Shown here one piece after another: positions 24,451-32,676 of a DNA stretch of 37,944 nt (the first letter of the stretch is position 1; every line of letters begins with the position of its first letter). The stretch is from a virus (Duplodnaviria; Caudoviricetes). The position numbers and the translations under genes were made by a program. Below the pieces are notes generated by a model. It worked only from the letters and a program-made list of their open reading frames with translations, searched no databases and was not told where the DNA came from. The stretch lies in the IMG/VR virus record IMGVR_UViG_3300011113_000204, positions 1-37,944 of that record; one strand, given 5' to 3'.

Positions 24451-25362
24451 TTATCCGAAGATGCCGCCAAGGACATTGCCGGCCAGACCAAGGCCGGCGC
24501 CCATCAGTGCGTTGGTGAATTGCTGAGATCCAGATCCGCGCTGCATTGCCAGATTCATCTGGGCGTTGAACGGAATGGTCAGGGCCTGTTCCTGATAGCC
24601 GATCGGTGCCATCAATTGCTGCTGGCGGTAGTCCATGCGCTGGCCTTGCATACCCATCATCAGGCCAAGTCGCTGAGAACCAAGCCCTTGCTGCAATCCA
24701 GCCAACGCACTGCTGTATGACGCGCCCATCTCCGCAAGTCCAGTAGTCCGCTGGGTGCGAAGATCACTTAGACCACCGGCCTGCTGCTGCGCCAGAGCAG
24801 TCTCGCCGGCAGTCTGCGCCTGACGGATCGCGGCCAACTGTCCGGCGTATTGTTCCTGAATCACGCCGCGCTGACGGGCGCCCTCAGACTCCTGAGCGGC
24901 AACAGCCTGCTGGCCGAAGGTCGTCAGGCCAAGGCCGCTGAAGGCGTTGCGAGCCTGCATACGGGCGACGTTGCGCTGCGTGGCAAGATCGACGCTCTCA
25001 AGCATCGCCTGCCGACCAGTAGCCGCTTCGCCGTACACGCGCTCCATGCCAGCCGTGTACTGCCGACGGATGTCGTCGTATGCAGTCTGGAACTGCGAAA
25101 TGTTCTGCTCATACCCAGTCCGGTACTGGTCGATGTTGGCAGTCCGGTCAGCCATGAACCGGTTGAGAACCAAGTCCATCTGCTGCTGCTGGTAGTCGAG
25201 TGCTGGACGGTAGAACCCCTCGACCTCACCGGCAAGAGTTCCGAATGCAGATCCGGCTTGAGTACCAAGACCGCGAAGTCCGCTTTGCAGCCCAGCAATT
25301 TGCTGTTCTTGCGCTCTGCGCTGACGACTCTTGCCACCGAAGATGCCGCTCAGAAAACCCAT
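24451..25362 (-). CDS. DNA pilot / ejection protein
   Basis: MGFLSGIFGG start, Q/A-rich coiled coil and a Gly-rich hydrophobic C-terminus (LMGAGLGLAGNVLGGIFG). Confidence 0.75.
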   Translation of the reverse strand: MGFLSGIFGGKSRQRRAQEQQIAGLQSGLRGLGTQAGSAFGTLAGEVEGFYRPALDYQQQQMDLVLNRFMADRTANIDQYRTGYEQNISQFQTAYDDIRRQYTAGMERVYGEAATGRQAMLESVDLATQRNVARMQARNAFSGLGLTTFGQQAVAAQESEGARQRGVIQEQYAGQLAAIRQAQTAGETALAQQQAGGLSDLRTQRTTGLAEMGASYSSALAGLQQGLGSQRLGLMMGMQGQRMDYRQQQLMAPIGYQEQALTIPFNAQMNLAMQRGSGSQQFTNALMGAGLGLAGNVLGGIFG

Positions 25363-27521
25363 TAGGTCACCTCTCGCACAGTTCGGCGCGGACCAACCGG
25401 GTCGATCAGGACAGACGCTCGCTCAAGCGCCCACGGATAGCCCTGACTGCTGATTTGCAGGTAGGCCGCGCCAGCCCTCACCCTGCACCGGAAGTGATTG
25501 TTATTGCCCTCGTACAACTCGCCAAGCGCAAGGTTCTCAGCCTCAAGCAACACGCCCTCGAAGTTGGCGGTGTCGTCGGACTGGAGTCCAGCACTGGTTG
25601 TCACACCGTCGGGTCGGAATCGGTACTCACCGACGGTCGGGTCTGCACTATACACCCCATTCAGCGCCTGCTGGACATAGACGATCTCATTCGTGTCAGT
25701 GTGGTAGACCAGCCACCGGTCGGTTGCAGAATCCCAAGTATCCCGCTTGAGGTAGTACTCAGATTGCGGCACAGCACCGTCGTAGATACGGGCCTCTGGG
25801 TCCACGAACGTGGACCGGGCCTCGTAGTTGCCGAAATTGACCGCAGCGTAGCCGCCGTCCTCGTAGTCAGTCACGGTGGGTGAAATGCCGCCGGCGTCGA
25901 GCGTCGAGGCAAAGGACGACGTTCCAGCCGCTCCGCCGTCGATCGTAACCGACAGAACCTGCACCATGCGGACGGTCGTCAGGCTGCTGGCGATGGCCTT
26001 CTCAGCCGTGTCACCGTAGGACAGGGACAGCGCAGGACGAGGCAGGTTGCCCTTCACGGCAGTGTCCGGGAGGTGTTCTTCGGAGTTCAACTCGACCAGA
26101 ACGTCCCGCAGCATCACCCGGGTGCCAAGATCCCCAAGCAACGGTCCAATGCTGAGGTTGCTGAGGACCCGACGATCCTCCGACTCCGCTGGGGTCGGCG
26201 GGGTGTACGACCCGCCAGACGCCGTGCTGTAACCGCTGGCCGGGTACCCATCGATGCCAGCAATGACCCGGTAGTCGAAGTAACCGATCTTACCCTCCGC
26301 ACTGCCCATCAGGACGACCGGCGTGCGACCGTCCGTGACGATCGCTTGGCACGACGACAGGGCGCCGTAGAACTCAGGCTCGTACAGGCGCTGGGGGAAG
26401 AACCCGCCAGTCTGCTCGCTATAGAACAGGTGGACGCTGATAGACGGCTGGTCCTTGCGGGTCATCCAGATCCAGACACCGCGCAACTCGATGTCGTACG
26501 TCAGCACGGCATCGATGTCTTCCCATTGTGTCTTGGAGAAGAACGAGTCGAGGATGTTCAGGCTGATCAGGTTGCCACGATCGAGGCTGAAGTCGTTGGG
26601 GCTGACCCGATACAGACCCTCGTACCCAAGGATGTAGGCGATCTTTTCAGGCCCGTAGCAGTACGCACGAGGGCCAACGATGCCGATACTTCGGCTCAGG
26701 GTAATGATCTGCGGATTGGGGTCGAGCGCAGGATCGACCGTCAGGTACGACATGCTGCGCTGGCCGGCGAACAACATGCCGGTGTTGCCAAGTGGAATCA
26801 AGGCAACGATGCGATCGCCAAGAGTTCCGTATTCGGAACCAGCGCCAGCGATGGCATCAGTATCACTCCCACTCGTTGGATGCCAGTCTTCTGGGTTGTC
26901 AACGTGAGACATGAACCAGTTAGTCTCTGCATCAGCAACACCAGACAAGACGAGACGTGCGCCATATCGAGCGATCAGAGTGGCGTAATTTTTGCTACCA
27001 CCAACATTCACCTCGACAGCGCCGTATGGACCAGACCACTTCTGGACTTCCGGCTTCGGGGACAGGCTGATGTCAACCTTGACGTAGTTGATGCCGTCGC
27101 ACAGGTAGACATAGTCGTTGAACTGGACGCCCTCAACAGTCTTGACGCTGGCGTTGAGCGCAGGGGTATTGTTGGGTGCGGATCCACCAGTCGCAACGTC
27201 GCACAGGATTGGATCGCCGCCCTGCTCTAGGTAGTACACCAAGCCAGCCTTGACGATGATCGTGCGGTCCTTGATGACCGTCTTCAGCGCACCAGCAGCG
27301 CCCGTGTACGCCACGCACCGAACCATGCACTGGATCGGGCCGGCGGTAGCGAAGTCGTAGATCGGGTTGAACCCAGCGCGAGACGAGAGACGCAGGCGCC
27401 GACGACCTTGGTCCACAGGCATGACATTGAGCATGTCCTGCGAGAAACCGGGCGGAACCGTGGAGAACTGAGTGTCAGTCGTCCAGCCCTTATAGGGAAG
27501 ATTGGCGCCGATGTAGGGCAT
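25362..27521 (-). CDS. Tail nozzle / stabilisation protein (tail tubular B / P22 gp10-like)
   Basis: 719 aa, beta-rich, with motifs QFNDYVYLCDG, YGARLVLSG...WFMSHVDNPEDW and SIGIVGPRA; podovirus position. Confidence 0.72.
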   Translation of the reverse strand: MPYIGANLPYKGWTTDTQFSTVPPGFSQDMLNVMPVDQGRRRLRLSSRAGFNPIYDFATAGPIQCMVRCVAYTGAAGALKTVIKDRTIIVKAGLVYYLEQGGDPILCDVATGGSAPNNTPALNASVKTVEGVQFNDYVYLCDGINYVKVDISLSPKPEVQKWSGPYGAVEVNVGGSKNYATLIARYGARLVLSGVADAETNWFMSHVDNPEDWHPTSGSDTDAIAGAGSEYGTLGDRIVALIPLGNTGMLFAGQRSMSYLTVDPALDPNPQIITLSRSIGIVGPRAYCYGPEKIAYILGYEGLYRVSPNDFSLDRGNLISLNILDSFFSKTQWEDIDAVLTYDIELRGVWIWMTRKDQPSISVHLFYSEQTGGFFPQRLYEPEFYGALSSCQAIVTDGRTPVVLMGSAEGKIGYFDYRVIAGIDGYPASGYSTASGGSYTPPTPAESEDRRVLSNLSIGPLLGDLGTRVMLRDVLVELNSEEHLPDTAVKGNLPRPALSLSYGDTAEKAIASSLTTVRMVQVLSVTIDGGAAGTSSFASTLDAGGISPTVTDYEDGGYAAVNFGNYEARSTFVDPEARIYDGAVPQSEYYLKRDTWDSATDRWLVYHTDTNEIVYVQQALNGVYSADPTVGEYRFRPDGVTTSAGLQSDDTANFEGVLLEAENLALGELYEGNNNHFRCRVRAGAAYLQISSQGYPWALERASVLIDPVGPRRTVREVT

Positions 27522-29053
27522 CAGGCGGTCCTAATGGCAATGACAACGGCAGACCAAACCGCAGAAATACTATTTTCACTAGCAGCACTAAAAAAAGCGT
27601 AGGACCATGTTCCAGAAGCCGGTCGCAAATACACCAAAGGAGCCGACCTAACAAGCGACCAAGTAACGCCACCACCAACAATTACCGTAATAGTTCCCGT
27701 ATCGCCTGCTACAATAGTTTGTGTATTAGAAGAAGTCATTCCAGTAACTGCATCGATCCAAACTCGGGCACTTGATGCCCCCAAGCCAATCAAGGGGCCT
27801 CCTGTGGCAGCAGCGATAATTGCTACTGACCCAACTTGACTAGTACCAGTCGTCGCGGGGTTGAAGTGCAGATAATTTGTCTTTGTTTCCCCGGACATGT
27901 TGGCAAGCGTGATCGCATTGATAGTTGCGCTCCCGCTGACTAGAAGGTTCCCAAGTACATCGAGCGCCTGAGTCGGAGACGTCACGTTGATTCCGACGCG
28001 ATTGTTCGTCGCATCGACCTTCAGGACATTAGTGTCAACCGCTAGGTCTCTGGCGATGTTGACAGATCCACCATCCGCATCACCAAGGTTGATGTTCGTC
28101 GTGGAACCAGTAGCGCCGCCGGTACCGATGTTGATCGTCTTCGTCTGGCCGATGGCCGTGAGGCCGGTTCCAATGTTGATCGTCTGATTAGTCGTCGGTG
28201 CATCAGCGATGTTCAGAGTCGTCGCCGCGCCGGCGATGTCAACAGACGTTGCGTTGCTGTCGAACACCGTTGCGGTTGCCGCGCTCGTCGTGATGTCACC
28301 GCCGTTGACGGCGATGTCGCCAGTCAGCGTCGTGTTTCCAGTGACAGCGAGTGTTCCTCCGACAGTAGCCGCTCCATCGATAGCAGTCGTCGCGTTTCGG
28401 ATCGTGGCGGTGCCGGTCGTGGCCCCGATCGACACAGTCGTCGCAGCCTGACCGACATTCAGGGTGGTGGCGTTGGTGTTGAAGACCGTGGCCGTTCCCG
28501 TCGATGTCGTCGTGATGTCGCCGCCGTTGACGGCGAGGTCGCCCGGTACCGTTGCATTGCCGCTTGCGTCACCGGTGATGACTAGATACCACGCCGACCA
28601 TTCGTTCCCCGGGGTTCTGGAGCCGTCGTATGTGCGGTAGTAGGTCTTGTTGGTAGTCAGAGTCGTCAGCGTCATCAAGAAACGCTCGTTGGCCGCTGAC
28701 GTACCCAGATAGTCGTACTTGGCGACCGTGACCAACAACTGGCCGTCGGTGGCGGTGGTCAGGCCAGCAGGGTCGTTTCCAACTGTGTCGGCTCCAAGGA
28801 TCAGGTACTTGGCATTCCCTTTGTTGCGGAGTGAAGCGTCGTTGAGATCAGTGATGTCGGTACCGCCGGCGTTCTTGATGATCGGCGTGGTCCCGCCGGC
28901 GTACTCAAGGTTCTGCCACTGGGCCGTATTATCGCCAATCTTGAACTGGAGAGTGTCGGTCTCAAAGCCGATCTCGCCCGATGCAAGCACCGTGGTCGGG
29001 GCCGCTGCCCAGTTTGCTGCTGTGTCCCTGCGAACCTGAATACGAGTTGCCAT
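27521..29053 (-). CDS. Tail fibre / receptor-binding protein with an Mtd-N (hyaluronidase N-terminal)-like anchor
   Basis: MATRIQVRRDTAANW...LASGEIGFETDT..FKIGD; repeated GD(L/I)AVNGGDITT; NNRVGINVTSPTQALDVLG; low-GC C-terminus. Confidence 0.85.
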   Translation of the reverse strand: MATRIQVRRDTAANWAAAPTTVLASGEIGFETDTLQFKIGDNTAQWQNLEYAGGTTPIIKNAGGTDITDLNDASLRNKGNAKYLILGADTVGNDPAGLTTATDGQLLVTVAKYDYLGTSAANERFLMTLTTLTTNKTYYRTYDGSRTPGNEWSAWYLVITGDASGNATVPGDLAVNGGDITTTSTGTATVFNTNATTLNVGQAATTVSIGATTGTATIRNATTAIDGAATVGGTLAVTGNTTLTGDIAVNGGDITTSAATATVFDSNATSVDIAGAATTLNIADAPTTNQTINIGTGLTAIGQTKTINIGTGGATGSTTNINLGDADGGSVNIARDLAVDTNVLKVDATNNRVGINVTSPTQALDVLGNLLVSGSATINAITLANMSGETKTNYLHFNPATTGTSQVGSVAIIAAATGGPLIGLGASSARVWIDAVTGMTSSNTQTIVAGDTGTITVIVGGGVTWSLVRSAPLVYLRPASGTWSYAFFSAASENSISAVWSAVVIAIRTA

Positions 29054-29118
29054 CTGTGTCTCCTAGAACCCCGCTCACCCCGGCAAATGCCGGGGGAGCA
29101 GGGCGAACGGGGGGGTCA

Positions 29119-29235
29119 TCACTTCTTCGTGAACTTGCTGATCGGGAAGATGTGGCCGACCACATAGCCCGACACGAGCGCCAGACCGACTGCCCAGATT
29201 GAGCCGATGAGGCTCTCGATGCTTGCAAAGATCAT
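29119..29235 (-). CDS. Small single-TM membrane protein (38 aa), possible holin or lysis accessory
   Basis: MIFASIESLIGSIWAVGLALVSGYVVGHIFPISKFTKK; AAGGAG RBS and ATGA overlap. Confidence 0.65.
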   Translation of the reverse strand: MIFASIESLIGSIWAVGLALVSGYVVGHIFPISKFTKK

Positions 29236-29720
29236 TGCTTGCTCCTTCGTTTCGGGATCAGGCGCGTGAGCAACGCACCCATCGCGTGACCGATCCCCGT
29301 GTGCATCAGGATAAAGCCGGCAGCGATAAGGATCGCAGCAACCGCCAGATAAGTCAGGAAACCTGACCACCAAGGCGTCACATCCTTGACCGACGGAAGG
29401 CTACCGACGATGTCCTGCGTCTCGACGCTGATCTCATTGGTCAGGGCCATGATCTGCTCGGCCTCAGTCCTGATGACCTCAGCGTCAGATCCGATCGAGT
29501 CCAGCCGGCCACGGGCAGACTCGATGTCTGGCGGACTAGACATCAGATCCAGTTGGACCAAACTGACCTCCTCAGACTGCCGGATTGCCGCGAAACTAAC
29601 CTTCTCAGCCGACCGGTTTGCAGCCTGCACCTTGTCGCCAATGGCGCTGGCGCTGTCGGCAATCTCTTGCGTTCCGCTCTTGCAGGCGGTCAGGAGCAGG
29701 GCGAGGACGATCCACCTCAT
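29232..29720 (-). CDS. Lipoprotein with a C-terminal TM helix; unimolecular spanin-like
   Basis: Signal peptide and lipobox MRWIVLALLLTA-C; helical periplasmic region; TM FLTYLAVAAILIAAGFILM; basic tail. Confidence 0.65.
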   Translation of the reverse strand: MRWIVLALLLTACKSGTQEIADSASAIGDKVQAANRSAEKVSFAAIRQSEEVSLVQLDLMSSPPDIESARGRLDSIGSDAEVIRTEAEQIMALTNEISVETQDIVGSLPSVKDVTPWWSGFLTYLAVAAILIAAGFILMHTGIGHAMGALLTRLIPKRRSKQ

Positions 29721-29974
29721 TGCCGGTCCTCCATGCGCTCGATGCGCTGCCGCAGTTCGGCAATCTTCTCTCCGTGGTGGACCGTGGTCTGGGCCGTGGA
29801 CGCGGCAGTCTTGGCGAGTTCAGCCGTGATCTGGCGTAGTTCCACGATGTCGTTCTGCGCCCTGCTGAAGGATTCGTCCTTGCGACCAAGCATCATGCAG
29901 ACTGACGCAAAGCCACCAACGAGAGTGCCCAACATGCTGTAATACCTGATGTTATGTTCTGTGATCTTGGTCAC
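29717..29974 (-). CDS. TM plus coiled-coil protein, holin/XhlA-like (85 aa; GTG start)
   Basis: GTGA overlap with the upstream stop; hydrophobic SMLGTLVGGFASVCMML, then a coiled coil ending IAELRQRIERME. Confidence 0.55.
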   Translation of the reverse strand: MTKITEHNIRYYSMLGTLVGGFASVCMMLGRKDESFSRAQNDIVELRQITAELAKTAASTAQTTVHHGEKIAELRQRIERMEDRQ

Positions 29975-30651
29975 TTGAAGGCTCCGTTGTCTCGCCGGTA
30001 GAGGCACATGGCCGATATGGATCCCGGACTTGGAAGGCTGGCCTGAATGTGTAGGCTGATGTACTTCCAGCCATAGTTGTTGACAACAATGGTGCATGGC
30101 GAGGCATGAGTGGCCGTGGTAGAGGAAACAAGGCCCTCAACTGGGAGAATCTCGTACTGCCTCGGCAACGGAACAATCCCCAGCCCTCCATCAGCATCTG
30201 ATGCCGTGGTCACTCCGATTCGTTCCATTGGTCGATACACGGTCGCACCGCTGGCAGGATGCGTAATAGATACGCCGGCTTTCTGCATGAGAGCCATATT
30301 GGATCGAGCCGACGGCATGTGGGTTATGGCTGTTCCAACCCAAGCACTGAGTGCCCTACACCACGTCCATCCGATGAGTTGATATCGCAGATCGGTGTAT
30401 GAGGCGACCGTCATGCACGGAATGATCAGGATGCGCCCCTTTTGAATCGTGTCGATGACAATGCTTGGGTTGAACGGAAACGAACCGGAGTCACCGATTT
30501 CAAAGTCGGTGAATTGCTTTTGTGTCAAAGCAAACGAACCCGGTATCAGACCAACAGGTGCCGCCGTGGTGCCAATTAGAGCCGACATCACCGTTGGGTG
30601 GTATTCCCAATCGTTCAAGCCTGCCGCGTCTGGGTTGATGTTCAGAGCCAT
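29971..30651 (-). CDS. Virion-associated beta-rich protein, paralogue B
   Basis: Collinear similarity to 30655..31314 (HPT, GR.LI.P, GWT, YRP, VPLP..YEILPVEGL, NNYGW). Confidence 0.75.
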   Translation of the reverse strand: MALNINPDAAGLNDWEYHPTVMSALIGTTAAPVGLIPGSFALTQKQFTDFEIGDSGSFPFNPSIVIDTIQKGRILIIPCMTVASYTDLRYQLIGWTWCRALSAWVGTAITHMPSARSNMALMQKAGVSITHPASGATVYRPMERIGVTTASDADGGLGIVPLPRQYEILPVEGLVSSTTATHASPCTIVVNNYGWKYISLHIQASLPSPGSISAMCLYRRDNGAFK

Positions 30652-30654
30652 GTG

Positions 30655-31314
30655 TCACCTGAATATCTGACCAGTGTTGGTGTACAGGCACCTAAAGTTG
30701 CAGGTGTATGTGACGCCGGCTGTCTGGCGAAGATGCACAGTCAGATAGCGCCACCCGTAGTTGTTGATCTGGATGAACGCGCTCGACGCGGCCATAGTCG
30801 TGGCACTGGCGCCACGAAGGCCCTCGACCGGCAGGATCTCGTAGTGAGATGGCAATGGCACAACACCACCGTCACCGTCAGCGGCAGTCGTCGTCGTTAC
30901 GCCAAGAAGAGCAAATGGCCTGTAGGTGACCCCGCCAATGACGACGCCGACTCCAGCGTCCGCGCTGTTGGACGCATTCACAGCCGTTGGGCTGTGCGTC
31001 ACAGCCTGACAGATCCATGAGTTCGTCGGCCTGCTGAACGTCCAGCCAAGGATCTGGAACTGAAACGTGGCTGATCCAGTGAACTGGACCATCGGCATGA
31101 TCAGAGTCCTGCCAAAGTTCTCGCAGTCGATTCTGATGGTCGGCTGAAGCGCACCGCCGCCATCGATAAGGCTCGTGAACTGCGCGTCACTCAGCGAGAA
31201 GTTTGACACCACCTGACCAATCATGCCGGCAGCAGACCCAGAGCCAGTGACGATCGTCGGGTGGATGTTCCACTCGAATGTATCTGCCGGCGATGGGCTG
31301 ACAGAGACTCCCAT
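30655..31314 (-). CDS. Virion-associated beta-rich protein, paralogue A
   Basis: See paralogue B; lies in the structural operon. Confidence 0.75.
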   Translation of the reverse strand: MGVSVSPSPADTFEWNIHPTIVTGSGSAAGMIGQVVSNFSLSDAQFTSLIDGGGALQPTIRIDCENFGRTLIMPMVQFTGSATFQFQILGWTFSRPTNSWICQAVTHSPTAVNASNSADAGVGVVIGGVTYRPFALLGVTTTTAADGDGGVVPLPSHYEILPVEGLRGASATTMAASSAFIQINNYGWRYLTVHLRQTAGVTYTCNFRCLYTNTGQIFR

Positions 31315-31315
31315 G

Positions 31316-32050
31316 TCAGGTCGGGTTCTGAGTGAACCGTGGCAGGATGCTCATGCTGTAGCCGATCTCGTAGGACGGACGCAGGCGACCGATGTCGCGC
31401 TGGAGGATTCCGTCCTTGGTCATGGCGCCGGCAAGAATCGGTCCAGCGTCGATCTCCATCAGGCGCTGCGACAGGCCCTCGTCTTCGTATGCCATGCCGA
31501 AGGCCCGGGCGTACTGGATGAACAGGGCGTCGATGTACTTGGGGATCGGGATCTCGTACGAGTCAGCAGCGCCGCTGGCGATGTCCGTCCAGCCTGCCCG
31601 GTAACGCACGGCGATGGCATCCGTTGCCGCAGCCGTGGGAGTCGGGAAGAGTTCCAGCCTGACTGCGTTCAGTGCAGCCCCGGCTGCATTGGCAGTACGA
31701 GCCATGCAGGCGTATGTCACGCTGTGACCGCCTGAGTCGATTCCGATCTCTCGGAGGTTCTGGAGGTGGTCAGGAGTGACCAACTCGATGTTGAAGCCAA
31801 TGTTCTCCCTGTTGATCAGGGAGATGATCTCCTCAACATCCGCCGGCAGGGCGACGTAGTCCTGACTTGCGACGAGGCTGATGAACGCACTGGTGCGCTC
31901 ACGGAACCGCCAAGGCCGCTGGAACAGGTACTGACCGGCTTGGTTGACCACTTCGGCAAGCCGCTCGGCATTGGTTTGGCCGGCAGCGAGCGACGGGTAC
32001 CCGCCGACCGCGAGCAGAACGTGACGCTTGACTTGCGCGAAGGTGGGCAT
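31316..32050 (-). CDS. Head-tail adaptor / tail tubular protein A-like
   Basis: VNQAGQYL...PWRF...YVALPADV...LELFPTP...VRY...IP pattern of podovirus adaptors. Confidence 0.75.
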   Translation of the reverse strand: MPTFAQVKRHVLLAVGGYPSLAAGQTNAERLAEVVNQAGQYLFQRPWRFRERTSAFISLVASQDYVALPADVEEIISLINRENIGFNIELVTPDHLQNLREIGIDSGGHSVTYACMARTANAAGAALNAVRLELFPTPTAAATDAIAVRYRAGWTDIASGAADSYEIPIPKYIDALFIQYARAFGMAYEDEGLSQRLMEIDAGPILAGAMTKDGILQRDIGRLRPSYEIGYSMSILPRFTQNPT

Positions 32051-32056
32051 AGGAAA

Positions 32057-32086
32057 CGGCTGGCTGAGGTTTCCCCCAGCCAGCCG
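32057..32086 (-). terminator. Hairpin (13-bp stem, GAAA loop) after the cement gene; probable terminator or attenuator
   Basis: CGGCTGGCTGGGG-GAAA-CCTCAGCCAGCCG followed by TTTCCT on the - strand. Confidence 0.6.
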
Positions 32087-32104
32087 GAAGTTGTGGGGGC
32101 AGGA

Positions 32105-32602
32105 TCAGACGTCAGCGCCGAACCAGATGTCGTTAGTCAACAGGACGTTGATCACGGCAGTGCCGCTGCTCTTGACTTCGAGAGCCACAGCAGCAGGGTA
32201 GGTCGAGGTAGCAGCGCCACCGGTGTCAAGCCCACCAGCGGTATCCGAAACGCCAAGGGCGGTTCCGATGCCGATGGCGGCGGTGGCCGTAGCCTTGGCC
32301 TTGACGATGCCGCCGAACTGGACAACGACTTCGGTGCCGTCGGCACCACTGGCGCTGCCAAGATCAACCACTGCGCCAAGGTAACCCTTGGTGACGGGCG
32401 AACCGTCGGCCAGAACGACCGACGAGAACGGCGTCAGGCGGGTTTCAGCGGTGGTCGTGGCGGGGTACACCGCGCCGGAGTGAGCGAACGACGTGACGAC
32501 GAGGTCACCGATGGCGAGGGCGCCGCCGGAACGGTTGATGACGCGAGCAACGTGACCGTGGGGCTGGACGCCGATGTCACCGGAAGTGGGAGCGAGAAGC
32601 AT
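32105..32602 (-). CDS. Capsid cement / decoration protein
   Basis: 165 aa, Gly/Ala/Thr-rich, directly after the MCP; VINRSGGALAIGDLVV...VVVQFGG...AVALE. Confidence 0.7.
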   Translation of the reverse strand: MLLAPTSGDIGVQPHGHVARVINRSGGALAIGDLVVTSFAHSGAVYPATTTAETRLTPFSSVVLADGSPVTKGYLGAVVDLGSASGADGTEVVVQFGGIVKAKATATAAIGIGTALGVSDTAGGLDTGGAATSTYPAAVALEVKSSGTAVINVLLTNDIWFGADV

Positions 32603-32632
32603 GTGTGTTGGTTCCTTGTTGTTGAAGGTGAA

Positions 32633-32656
32633 GGGGGGCTAGTTGCCTAGCCCCCC
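32633..32656 (-). terminator. Hairpin (10-bp stem, GCAA loop) after the major capsid gene
   Basis: GGGGGGCTAG-GCAA-CTAGCCCCCC followed by a weak U tract (TTCACCTT). Confidence 0.55.
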
Positions 32657-32676
32657 GTTGTGTGACTCAATGCTGA

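Noticed and set aside
27521-29053. Diversity-generating retroelement suggested by the Mtd-like N-terminus
   Set aside because: I saw no reverse transcriptase and no second copy of the C-terminal region differing at adenines.
29073-29099. GC-rich hairpin between the membrane cassette and the tail fibre gene as a terminator
   Set aside because: The stem is present but has no convincing U tract on the - strand, so its function is unclear.
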